A DNA stretch of 63,997 bases, filler included, from Vezdaea acicularis (taxonomy: Eukaryota): the NCBI GenBank assembly GCA_026025075.1. It is 3 parts of 3 records of this genome, joined end to end, with 100 filler letters (N's around TTAATTAATTAA, not from the genome) between each part and the next. Parts side by side here need not be neighbours in the genome. Positions count along the whole stretch, not along the records: positions 1 to 28,765 come from JAPEUI010000170.1; positions 28,866 to 57,405 come from JAPEUI010000171.1; 1 more part is not named here. One strand, written 5' to 3'. The translations under genes were made by a program, and so were the position numbers. The notes beneath the pieces were generated by a model, which saw only the letters and a program-made list of their open reading frames with translations, was not told where the DNA came from and made no database searches. This document shows positions 26,067 to 37,434 of the stretch, piece by piece. Position 1 is the first letter of the stretch. Each line of letters begins with the position of its first letter.

Positions 26067-28063
26067 TCAGTCGACTAGCTCAAGATCCATCGGTTCCTCC
26101 GTCGGCGCACCAAGGCGCGGCTCGTCTGGCATTTGTCCTCCGCTCTGACTCCCTCTTTCACGCTTCCCATCACCATCGACTTCATCGCGGTGTTCCAACT
26201 CCCGTAGCTCGCGCTCCTTACCGATAAGAGCGGCTCTGATGGTGCGCATTTCGGCTTCGAGCTCGCGCCGCCGCTGGGCCCGTCGTCGGCTGTTGTCGAC
26301 GACTAGGAGCTCGGGAGCTATGGGGGTGTTCCTCGCCGCATCTGCCGGCACGTGCTGGTGTGGTTCGGGTGGGTGTGGCTGGTGCTGCTGATGGGAGGAG
26401 AGAGAAGAGGGATTGAGCAGGTGTTGGATTGAATTTAGCTGGCGCGATGAGTTTGGCGTGTCAGAGCGATAGGGAACATGTTCCGTGAGTGGCTCGGCGG
26501 CGGAGCGGCTGTGCGAGCGTTTCCTACCTCGGCTGTCAGGGGAGTTTGCGGCTTGTTGGTCGGGGTTGAGTTGGTCTGCATGCGCTATGGAGTGGACATA
26601 CGGCTGGATGTCTGTGCTGGGATGGAGAAGTGACGGCGTGTTGGTACCTGAGGTGGGGCCGGTATACCCTGTGAAATCCACTGCGAGGCTGCGGCTGCCT
26701 TGCGCGTGCGATGGAGAGTTGTGCGGACTTCGATTTGGTTTTATACGTGCCAGTGCCGCCACTGGGTCGGGGCTCGTGGATGACACAGGACCATCACCAC
26801 CAGTCTTAAGGTTTGAGTGGTCATTTTGTTGGGGAGATGGCGCGTAGGGGGAATCGGCAAGGGCAGGTACGACACGTTTGCGGCGCTTGATGATAGATTT
26901 TTTCATGGCGACAGGGCGTTGCACGCCGTGCAGTTTGTGATATAGACCTTGCAAGTTGTTAGTATACTATATGCACAATGACCTGAATGGGGAAAATATG
27001 TACCGCAGGCATTACATATCGTATGGCCACTCTCGTCTCGCCGCCAGAGTGGCGTGATGGTTGTGCCGCAGTTTTGACACGCCACGACTACGGTGGAGTT
27101 CTGGCCTGGGACCTGTATGTCACGCATATCTGCCGATACAGCACCCTCGTCATCGTGCTGGTTGCTCGCGGACTCGTCCTCGCTGTTCTCATGCGTTTGC
27201 GGGTTCTCGCCTTCGGACTGATTCGTTGAGCTCGTGAGGTTTATATTAGCGGACTTCGCAACGCGGTTGTTGTAAGCCGGGCAGCCCGAACAGCCTGCTG
27301 CCCCGCCCGTACCGTTGCATTTTCCACCGCCAGGGCAGGAGCCGTGCTGGACTTGATCGGCGGAGACGTATGTATTGCCTACAGCGGTTTGGGCAAGGGC
27401 GGGAGAATTAAATGGGGAAACGCTGCGCTCCTGCGCTCCTAGAGAGGGAGGTGGACGCTTGAGATTCGTCGGCCTGGACGTATTGCGCGCTTTTTGATAG
27501 AGGCCACAAGCGTTGCAGATGGTAGCACCCTGAGGAGAGCGGCGCCAAAGGGGGGTTCGTGTCGTTCCGCAGTTGCTGGAGAAGATTAGACATGGGATTT
27601 CAAAGTGTTAATAAATAAATGGATCTCGTTTTGTATAGAAAGGGTGACAGGCCTAGCCTCGGCATAAGAAGGGTGCTCACCTGCAGATTTGGCCGGATGT
27701 TGGGGTACCTATCGAAGGTGACGTATATGGTTGATCTGACCGTTGGTCCATCGACATTGAGGAGTCTCGACTGTGTCGGTACTGGGAACTTGGTGTGGCG
27801 ACAGACTTTGTTATGGGAGTCCCGCCCACGACACCTTCCATCTCGTCTCCCTGTCCAATGGTAGTCTTCGACTGTAGTGACATGCTCTCGAGGCCGTCTC
27901 CACCAGATGCGTTACTAATCCTCCGGCCTTGTGCGTGGCCTACTAGATGTGCGGCAAGTTCAAGATCTTCCCTCGACGGCCCTGTTCCTGGTGATGGAAT
28001 GTTCAAGGACACTGGTTCTTGCGGCCCTTCTGCCTGGAGATTGTGGGAGAGTACGGCACTCAT
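26067..28063 (-). CDS. sreA: GATA-type iron/siderophore repressor (SreA/SRE/Urbs1/Fep1 family); 3 exons
   Basis: Two GATA fingers ([26 protein letters not shown] and [26 protein letters not shown]) flank the Cys-rich iron-sensing segment [28 protein letters not shown]-terminal coiled coil. Confidence 0.95.
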
Positions 28064-28765
28064 CCCTACCGTGGACCTCTCCTCCGAGCAGCCTATCACA
28101 TCGACAGACACCTACTCAAACGTAGTATATCGGCGGTCGAGGAGAAGAAAAAGCTCAAAATTGCAAGAAAGACGCAGTAGATAAAGAGAAGACAGCCCTC
28201 GCAGTAGCCTTGATGATAGGGCTGCAGCCGTTCTGTCCCGATTTACAACAAGGCCCTCCAAGTCGGTCAGCGGATGTATTCGTCGTTTGCCCCGGTGAGG
28301 AGATCAAGATTGGGGACAGCTCGAGAGGGTCTGTTGAGTGGGGGACGCGCGCGCTGGCCACTCGCACTCAGCGAGGGTGACAGGGAAAAATCGCTGTAAG
28401 GCAGACGAGCTGAGCTGAGGGTTTTCTTGGCCAGGGGATCCCCGGTGTGAATGCGGAAGATTTTAGAATTGTGTGATTGAAGCAGCAGGCAGAAGTGAAT
28501 GAAAGCCTCATTTCAGCCCTATGGCCCGCACACCTGCATCTTGCTTCCTCGTTTCATCTGACGTGAGCCAGAGTGTGCACCGCTCAGTCCGTTCTCTGTG
28601 CTTCGAATGACCTCGCGCTGTTCTTTCTCCTCCAGGCTCGGGCGCAGAGGCGGCCTCCAGAGCGGTGGAGGGGAGGGCCCCGGACAGGCTAAGCTTTTGG
28701 TCAGCGAGAATATGTGGCCTTCCATTGGCCGAGCCGGGTCGCAGTGCGCCTGGGGGGATGCCGGT

Positions 28766-28865
28766 NNNNNNNNNNNNNNNNNNNNNNNNNNNNNNNNNNN
28801 NNNNNNNNNTTAATTAATTAANNNNNNNNNNNNNNNNNNNNNNNNNNNNNNNNNNNNNNNNNNNN
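28766..28865. other. Assembly gap / contig linker (Ns with TTAATTAATTAA at 28810-28821)
   Basis: 44 N + 12-nt linker with stops in all six frames + 44 N; same layout as the second gap. Confidence 0.98.
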
Positions 28866-30262
28866 GCTAGATATAGGAACTTGTATTTGCACTGTGGTAG
28901 CGGGAGCAGGTGAGCATCTGGTTTTGGGAAATCCCGATATGTTGTCGCGTCATGACTTCTGTTCCCGTATTGCGGCGGCGTCTGCTAAGGATAAAGAAAT
29001 TGAGATGATGGATGCCCTATTCGCACGGCCTAAAGGTGTGCGACGCAACAGGGCTATTTTCATAGCTACATAGATAGCATTACGTAGACCAATAAATACA
29101 TACATTAAAGATATCCTCGACGCCCACCCACCTACCTACCAAGGTTGCCAGCTCTGTCTTGTATACAACAGTTGCGTGATTCGCCAGCCTGCCGCGGTTG
29201 CCCTGATTTATTACCTCCCGGTTCCGCGCATGAATCTTTCTGCCCCAGGGCGGTGAGGCGCGCGTCCGCCCAACCCCGTGCGCTCTCTCGGCAAAACCTC
29301 GCCAAGGCTTTTCGCTGTGCGCCTGATTATTCTTAGCAACGACCAATCACCTTTTTCTCACGTAACACTTTCCTCACTTTTCTTTCAGTCACTGTGGCTG
29401 CTGCCTCGTAAACCTGCACCCCAGAAAACCGCTCACCCTGTCTTCCACGCGTCATTTTGAGTCGTCTTGCACACCCTCCTCGGTCTTGCGGCATGACAGA
29501 GATAACGGGGACACACGACCAGAATAACAGCGAGGGCGGCTGGCCGCATGGGGGGGCCTCGTGTCTGCTGGAATCACCGGATGCTGGCGTCCGCGTGGTG
29601 GCGAGGAGGACGGGGACGGGGACGGCGGATTCGCCAACCGGGAGGGAGGAATGGAGTGAGGGTTGTTAGGGCTGCATAAGCCCTAGCCCGTACCCCAACG
29701 ACGGGCTGCGCGGACTGCGGGCGCTCCGGGGCGCTGCAGCGGGAACCCTGCCTCCTTCGTCCTCCTAGCGTATAGAAGGTCTAGTCTACTTGTTATGATC
29801 GAATCATCGCCGTTCGAAGGCCGTCGAGAGCTTTCTCTCTCTCTTCTCTCTATGTCTTCCAGCCTCTTCTGGTCGTTTCAGTGTCCTTCCATCGGGCGTT
29901 CCCACTATTCCCTCTTTCTATTTCCCGCGCGCTCTTCAAGGCTTCATGGCCTTCCTGTTTGCAAAATTTTCTCTTCCTTCTCTCTGCCCGATGAGGCGTG
30001 CTGGCTAGGCTACCGTCTACCAACGCATGAATTGGGGGTGTTTTGGAGAGAATGTGTCCTATGTCTCGCGTTGATGATTCATCATCACCACCACTCACCA
30101 TCATGCCCCCAGACAGAGACGCGCGCACTAGGTGCCCTGCTGAGCCGCACACCACCCAGGGCGGACTGGTGCTTGGTCCGCCGTACTTCTGACCACCCAT
30201 CGGACCCGCGTACCTGCGTGCTCGAGAGTACCGGGTGCTGCTGCTGGTGGCCTTGGTGGAGG

Positions 30263-30269
30263 TATAAAA
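30263..30269 (+). promoter_or_regulatory. Putative TATA box of the 30593 gene
   Basis: TATAAAA followed by a pyrimidine-rich tract about 330 nt upstream of the ATG. Confidence 0.45.
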
Positions 30270-30592
30270 GCCGCACGGTCCCCCTCCTCCCTGGTCTGCG
30301 AATGTGGATATTGCTTTTTTATTTCTGGTTTTGACTGAGAAGCCAACTTCATCGTCACTCGTTTCCGTCTGCTGTTTTCTGCTCTCCGAAACCCTTCTCG
30401 TAAGAGAACAGATAATCCGAAACCTCATATTCTAGGCGGCAACTTCCACGCCGCCCTTAAAGCGCTGCACCTTATCGGCGGGCCTTGCGCCCGATATCCC
30501 TCCCCTGCTGCATCAACCACTACAGCATACATATACGGCATACACAAACATACAGGTTAAGCCTCTGATACCCCACTACGACACGTCCCACG

Positions 30593-31333
30593 ATGTCGTC
30601 CTTCCACCGAAGCCTCTACTCCCACAGGCCTCCTTTCCTCCTCCGCCGACGGGCATCCTTCCCGCTCTCTCCCGAGCTAAAACACCACTTCATCCCCCCC
30701 TCGCCCTCTTCCTCCTCCTCGCGCTACTACTCCTACTACGAAGAAGATGAGCCCCAATCCCCCATCGACCAGAACCCCTTCCGCTTCTTCGTCTCGCCCC
30801 CCACACCCCCAGACGAGATGCAGCTCGATCACATCAAGATCGAAAACGACGACGACGGGGACGACGACCTGAGCGCTGGGATCGAGGGCGCCGCGCCCTC
30901 GACGCGGAGAGGGGCTTATTTCGATATGCCGCGCCAACCCCACGATATCGGCAGCGGCACCACTAACCGCGATAGCGCAACCCGCACGAATAAACGCGCC
31001 GCAGGGAAACACGTCTCTTTCCTCCTCGGCCCGGACGAGGACCCTCTTCCCCCTTCTTCCGCAACCACAACAGCAGATGCGATCAACGCGACATACACCG
31101 ACATCATTGCTTTTCCCCCGCGCCCGCCCTCTGCCGAGCGCGGCCGTTCACGGCGCAGACTAGTTGATGGTGGTGCTGGGGGGAGGAGGTGTCGCACTCA
31201 TTCCGATCGGAGGCGGAGTTGGGTCAGGCCGGATTGGAGGTTGGGTATGATTAGTGAGAGTGAGGAGGAGGAGGGGGATACAGAGGAAGAAGAAGGGGGG
31301 GAGGACTCGGGAGGACTCGAGGGTGGATGTTAG
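30593..31333 (+). CDS. Hypothetical low-complexity/disordered protein, 246 aa
   Basis: Intronless ORF with ATG context CACGATGT and an upstream TATA box. Short motif-like blocks (IDQNPFRFFVSP; RSWVRPDWRLGMISESEEE) and an acidic tail. Confidence 0.6.
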   Translation: MSSFHRSLYSHRPPFLLRRRASFPLSPELKHHFIPPSPSSSSSRYYSYYEEDEPQSPIDQNPFRFFVSPPTPPDEMQLDHIKIENDDDGDDDLSAGIEGAAPSTRRGAYFDMPRQPHDIGSGTTNRDSATRTNKRAAGKHVSFLLGPDEDPLPPSSATTTADAINATYTDIIAFPPRPPSAERGRSRRRLVDGGAGGRRCRTHSDRRRSWVRPDWRLGMISESEEEEGDTEEEEGGEDSGGLEGGC

Positions 31334-31842
31334 GGCGGGGCGGGGAGGATGAGAGGATCGGTGATGGTGGATAGGTGGGGTGGGAGAGGATTTTGATAGG
31401 GGTGGGGAAGGAAAAGAACTGGGAAGGGGGGAGGAGAATCGTGTATTATTCGCGAAGGCAAAACGGCAAAAAGGCAAAATTGCATTGGATTGGTTCCTAT
31501 CTGTTTTCTGTGTCGGCGGCGCTTTTGGCTTTTGGTTGGGGTGAATTGTAGGGCTGGGTAAATCAAAAAAGGGGAAGTTGTTCGTGTAATACCAATTCGT
31601 CAGTATATTCGAGAGAACATTCGTTTGATGGGAGCTCGTCCGTGCAATGAAAACCTCTTCCGTATAATGGGGAGGTAGCGCGTTCGATGGGAAGTCATAC
31701 ATATAGCATCAATTCGTTCCTGTGTTTGGGGGGGTCCATCCATAGAACAGCTAGGACAATCGTATGATCTCGACTCAATTATATCCCACCCTTCCCCGTC
31801 GGAAGCTATGCCCACTGGTTACATGATGCGGATTACATATAT

Positions 31843-33665
31843 CTACTTAGCCAACGGCCGAATATTCCTCTCAACATCCACGGTTTCGAACACGGGACCA
31901 GCATAATCCGCGCGTCCCTCGACGGCAACAGCGATGATATATTCCGTCTCCCATGCTCCGACCCAAAGATATGTGTCCTGCACCTTGCATCCGTTGCGCC
32001 AAACTTCCACGTCGTGAAGAGTATCCCCCCAGGGCGTTCCAGGAGCCTCGTCCGGATTTGATAAGTCATAATACTCGGACGATCCTCTGGGAAGCGGGGC
32101 GCGGACTCGCCTGAACTCGACTTCGCGAAGCCAGGGAGCTAGCAGGGCGTCACCCGTCATCTTCAGATATGCTTCTTTGAGGGCCCAGTATGTGTAGAAG
32201 AGGCGGAGGGTATCGACTTCGTCGGCCTTGGAGGACTCCGCTTCGTTTAGAATAGATGTGAGGTCTGCGTCCGAGAAGACGTCTTCGTACATTTTCACCC
32301 AGTCGCGGACGCCCACTTCTTTGATCTCCTTTATCTCGTTTCGCTCTCCAACGCAGACGATATCGACGCCTACCTTCACACCCCGGCCCGTATCGGCGAC
32401 CAAGGCAATAAGACCGGCTTGGTGCGAAATATTAAAGTCGAGCGTCGGAGCATTCGGCGATGGCGGTTGATAGATTGGTTTCTTCTTCTCTGAAGCTGCC
32501 AAGGTGATATCCGACCACGGGATGTGGAGAAGCTTCGCAACAGCCGCATACTTCAGTAGGTGAGAGGCCAAACTATGTTTCTGATCCCGATGCTGGACAT
32601 ATGCTAAGATAGAGCGCTGGGTCGCGGCAGGAAGCAGCCCTAGTAGCTAGGATTCCAGAGTCAGTCCCGCTGCGAGACAAGGGTGAGGCTTGGTCCCACA
32701 TCTGCAGGCAGGCTTTCCCCGTTCCACAGCTCGCGCGTGTCAACAAGCCAGCGTAGTGTTGAGTCCTTCGACTGGGGCTCCTCATTCCGCCGGGCCAGTA
32801 CCGAGGCGCGTACCTGCGCAAGCCACCACGCGTGGATCCTGGCGTCTCCGGTAAGTTCAGGGTGGAAGCTTGTGCCAAACACATTGCCTTGACGCACGGC
32901 GACTATGTCTCCCTCGCTTTCGTCGAGCGTCAGTGATGCTGTACTGGAAAGCCGATCCGCTCGCCCAGGTAGGATACCCATGACTTCTACTTTTTGTCCA
33001 GTTGCTGCAGTGGCCGACGAACCCTTTGGCTGAAGAGAGGGAGCTATCACCGTCTCAGGTTTCTCCCCCTCTTCAACCTGCTCGCCCGACATATTGGGAA
33101 GCAGCTTTTCTACCACTGGGGCACGTATAAAAATTCCTCGAAACGGCTCTGACGGGCTGTCTTTATCTGGATCGGCAGAGGCGAGGAAGGGCAGATCCAG
33201 GGGTGCTTCGAAGCTCTCGACTTGACGTCCAAAATGATTTCTATTCACACGAACGTCGAGCCCACCAACTAGGTCTTGGCCTCCGCGCTTTGTGCGGTTT
33301 GCGGACTCAGAGAGGAGGATCAGACCAGCGCATGTGCCGAAAGTAGGGTTGCGAAGGACCCTAGAAATGGAAGGTTAGCTCAGAACTTCATGGACAGAGA
33401 CGCCAGAGTACTTTACGAATTCTCGCAGTGGCTCGAGGATGTTTGATCTTTCAGCTACGAGAGCCATTGTGGTGCTTTCACCGCCAGGTATGATCAATGC
33501 GTCACATTGGGCGAGCTCGGTGGCGTGGCGCACTTCTAAGAAATTCCATTCTTGGACGCTGTTTGAAGGAGTCTGTGAGGCTGCATTGAGGAGTCTGAGA
33601 TGCTCTACAAAAGCACCTTGTAGAGCAAGCACTCCCACGGTTATGGGACTTTGTTTGGTGGCCAT
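31843..33665 (-). CDS. Predicted Pdx2/SNO glutaminase - Sfp-type 4'-phosphopantetheinyl transferase (NpgA/Lys5-like) fusion, 572 aa; exons 33665-33412, 33360-32700, 32646-31843
   Basis: Pdx2 motifs VGVLALQGAF, IIPGGEST, FGTCAG, RNHFGRQ, FIRAP and SFHPEL. Same frame continues with no stop and no Met into the PPTase N-terminal motif LRWLVDTR. After a 53-nt intron come SLASHLLKY, FNISHQAG, VGVDIV and YWALKEAYLKMTG. Confidence 0.82.
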
Positions 33666-34435
33666 CCTTCCCCAATACTGGGAATTAAAATTTTGGAGGG
33701 GTAGGTGGGGGGACTCGTTGACAAGGCGAAATAATTTTTCTGGATAAGTTAAGCGGATAGAGTTCCGCGAGGGGAGAAATGATTGGCGCCCTGTCATTGA
33801 TTGGATCAGTATCGCTTCAATGACATAGAATAAGGACAAGTTTGAGCAGATCAGATTCTTGTTGAATGAGTTGTAGCTAACGTCTATCATCTGATTTGAA
33901 TGGGGATTGCAAAGAAGATTATCGTCTGCGAGACAATAGGAGAAATCATGGGTTTGGTAATAGAACCATGGTCATTTTGAAAGCTTCATAAGGTCACTAC
34001 ATTTATCCTTGGAATTTTAAGCAAAGAAGTGCAAGCAGAAATGCAAGGGAGGTTGGAACGACGTGGACAAGGACTTGTTTTGCTGTAAATTGAACTTGAA
34101 ATTGCCTCAGTAAACTTCAAGGCAGAGGTTGTAACCATTACTTAGCTCATACGTTCTAGGGGACATCAAATTTTCCGGGCAAGTTGATATATGATCTTGC
34201 AATAATTTGTGAATTTGGAAGTAAATCAAGAAGTTTTTGTCAAAATTGTCATCGGACAGATTACACACAAGCGCTTCATGGATAACGCCTGGCCGGCTCA
34301 GAAATTCGCGAAATAAACACACGCAAAACCGCCTGAGCCCTTTCCTGACTCTAGGCAAAGAGCTCAAAGTTGCCGTAAAACTTGCCGATATACCTCCATC
34401 CCTACCAGTACATCCTTTGTTTCAACCCGTAAATC

Positions 34436-36186
34436 ATGTCACTCTCAATACCAAATGCTCCCAATAGCGGACTTTTCAAGCAGGGTTATCAAAAGTAAGT
34501 CTCACAGATTCCCTAGCTTAGATTGAACCGATCTGATCTCATATTATAGCTACGAGTCCGAGGATGGCGCCGTCCTACGCAATATTGATGCTTGTCGTAC
34601 CATTGCCCAGACAGTACAGACATCCCTTGGTCCTTATGGTCGGAATAAGATTGTCATCAACCATCTTCAGAAGATGATCCTGACTTCAGATGCGGCTACA
34701 ATATTACGAGAATTAGACGTAGTCCACCCCGCAGCAAAATTGATCGTGATGGCAAGCCAGCAGCAAGAAGCTGAGATGGGTGATGGCACAAACTTGGTTA
34801 TCGTACTCGCAGGGGAAATGCTCAAGAAGGCGGAGGAGCTCCTACGGATGGGCCTAAAGGCGAGCGACATAGTGCAGGGCTATGAGAAAGCACAGAAGTT
34901 CGCTCTAGAGCAGCTCGATGAACTCGTCGTCGACAAAGTAGAAGATATGAGGTCGCAGGAGGAGCTAAGCAAAGCGATAAGAACAGTGGTTGCCAGCAAG
35001 CAGTCCGGCACCGAAGACTTCCTGGCTGGCATGGTCGCAGAAGCCGTGTTAGCCGTCTTGCCAAAGAACCCCCTAAACTTCAATGTGGACAATGTCAGGG
35101 TAGTAAAGATTATGGGGAGCAGTCTAGAGCAGAGTAAGGTGGTGAAGGGTATGGTATTCGGTCGGGAACCAGATGGTAATATCCCAGACCTGATTTTTAT
35201 GACAAAACATCTAACGTGGTTTAGGCTCGGTCAAGAAGGCAAAGAAGGCTAAAGTCGGCGTCTACTCATGCCCCATAGATATCTCACAAACTGAAACAAA
35301 AGGTACGGTGCTTCTGCATAATGCAAAAGAGATGATGGATTTCACCAAGGGAGAAGAGAAACAGCTAGAGGGGATCATTAAGGAGCTTCATGACTCGGGA
35401 ATACGCGTTGTAGTTGCGGGCGCCACTGTTGGAGAACTCGCTCTTCACTATCTCAACCGGTATGGAATTCTTGTCATCAAGATTCTCTCGAAATTTGAAC
35501 TGCGGCGATTATGTCGGGTCGTAAGCGCTACGCCCTTAGCTCGTCTCGGAGCACCTATGCCAGATGAGATGGGGTCGGTGGACATTGTAGAGACACTGGA
35601 GATTGGGGGCGATCGAGTCACTGTGTTCAGGCAGGAAAACGATACAACGAAGACCGCGACTTTAGTCATTCGAGGAGCAACACAAAATCACCTGGACGAT
35701 ATTGAGAGAGCGGTGGATGATGGGGTCAACGTTGTCAAGGCTATCACGCGCGATCCACGGCTCGTGCCCGGAGCCGGCGCCGCGGAGATGCAACTTGTGG
35801 AACGCATCACCGCTTATGGAGAACGCACTTCGGGTCTGGCCCAGTACTCGATCAAGAAGTTCGGCGAAGCCTTCGAAGTGATCCCAAGAACGCTTGCTGA
35901 GTCGGCAGGCTTGGATGCGACCGAGGTTCTCTCAAGATTATATACCGCGCATCACAAGAAAGACGAATGGACTGCTGGTGTGGACATAGAGAACGAGGAC
36001 GGGACAGGAGTGTTGGACGCTCAAGACGAAGGCATCCTAGATCTGCTGGTTAGCAAGAGCTGGGCTATCAAGCTGGCTACAGAAGCTGTGCGCACAGTCT
36101 TGTCGGTGGATCAGATCATCGTTGCTCGTCAGGCAGGAGGCCCCAAACCACCAGGCCCAAACCCAGGGTGGGATAATGAAGATTAG
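34436..36186 (+). CDS. CCT8: T-complex protein 1 subunit theta; 3 exons
   Basis: MSLSIPNAPNSGLFKQGY N-terminus, TSLGPYGRNK, MGDGTN and VDQIIVARQAGGPK. Introns 34495-34549 and 35176-35224. Confidence 0.96.
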
Positions 36187-37434
36187 AGTAAGCCTTTGAT
36201 TCAGAGCGTTGCATATGTACTGTACCAGTATCTGTCAGCTATGAGCGAGTGAAAAGAATGTAGAACTTTGACCTTGGTCCCATTTTGCCTTGGGCGTGAA
36301 GCGGATGTCCGATTGTAGAAAAGAAGCTGCAATGGATGGCCCTGATTGGCCGAGAGAGTGCAGAGTTTCGAAGAAAAGCCGAGTCTTGATTGGGTCGCTT
36401 TACGGCTAGCGCCGGTAAATGGCGACATTAACCTCTGGTTACTTGCCCAAGACGGTACCTGGCCAGGGGAAATTCCTGCAAACGCCGCGCCTTGCTGCGC
36501 GTTTCTTTTTGCGATTGCCGCAAGCCCCGTGTATGATGTGACGCCTTGCAGGATCACTATTGGAATCATCCAGATTGAAGTGCTAAATCAGGGAGGCTCC
36601 GAGCGGCCAGTTGTCAAGTCAATGAGCTCGTATCCTGCAGAGGGATTCACTTCCACCGAGGGCGTCGGTTCCCCAGCGGATGTCACTCTCGAAGGCGTTC
36701 GACCGTAAGCGCTGGCTTCGGGGGAACCTCCGCACGTGCGCGGGACGGAGAGAAATCGTCAAGGCTTCTTCGAACGGCCTCGAAGAAGCAAATACTTTGC
36801 ACCATAATTTTGGGATGATCTATATGCACTGCGCCTGAACAAGTCACATATAGCTTTGTCCAACCAGCTCGGTGTGATGAACGAAATTTTCAGGTACTTG
36901 CGCTCGTGCTCGCTAACGTTCCACAACGGTGCATCCGACTGCTGCTGCGGCATCCATCCATCGAGCTGCAAGTACACGTCCACTTGAAACCGGCCGGCCG
37001 TCGCTACTCCTCGCGGTCCTTGCTCTCAATATCACTCCCCTCTCATACTGACAACGCTGGCCCTTCGGTCTCGATATATGACACCGAAGACTGCCTGTCG
37101 CTCCTTGAGGAGATCGCAGGGGAAGATTGGCTTGCGCTGATACATTCCTCGCGAACCAGCTGAGCGTCAGTCAGGGAGGGCTTTGATAGCCGCTCGACCA
37201 GGAAGACTATCGTTCACTCATGACACCGCTCTTTCTATGCGGCCACGAAAACGCAACCTCCTGCAAGGTTCTTTGCGTTCGCAACTCCTACGTTCATCCC
37301 CACTTCGGAGTCCTGTGTTGTAGATTTTGCATTCGGTGAAGGCTGGGTCTTTACATCACCTCTCACTTTTCATCTCAACTACATCAACCACCTTTCCAAG
37401 AGCGCAATCAACGCACAAGATTACAAAGCATACG

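Noticed and set aside
28810..28821. Palindromic TTAATTAATTAA inside N runs (also 57450-57461)
   Set aside because: Artificial six-frame stop linker. Adjacency and distance across the gaps cannot be trusted.
26067..33665. sreA plus PPTase as an iron/siderophore gene cluster
   Set aside because: They are separated by an assembly gap, and no NRPS, ornithine monooxygenase or siderophore transporter is in the window.
36622..36965. Possible upstream exon or recursive splice site for the F-box gene (GTAAGC donor near 36704, TTTCAG|GTACTT near 36893, GCTAAC near 36912)
   Set aside because: I could not build a consistent in-frame model, and there is no acceptor at normal distance from the branch site.
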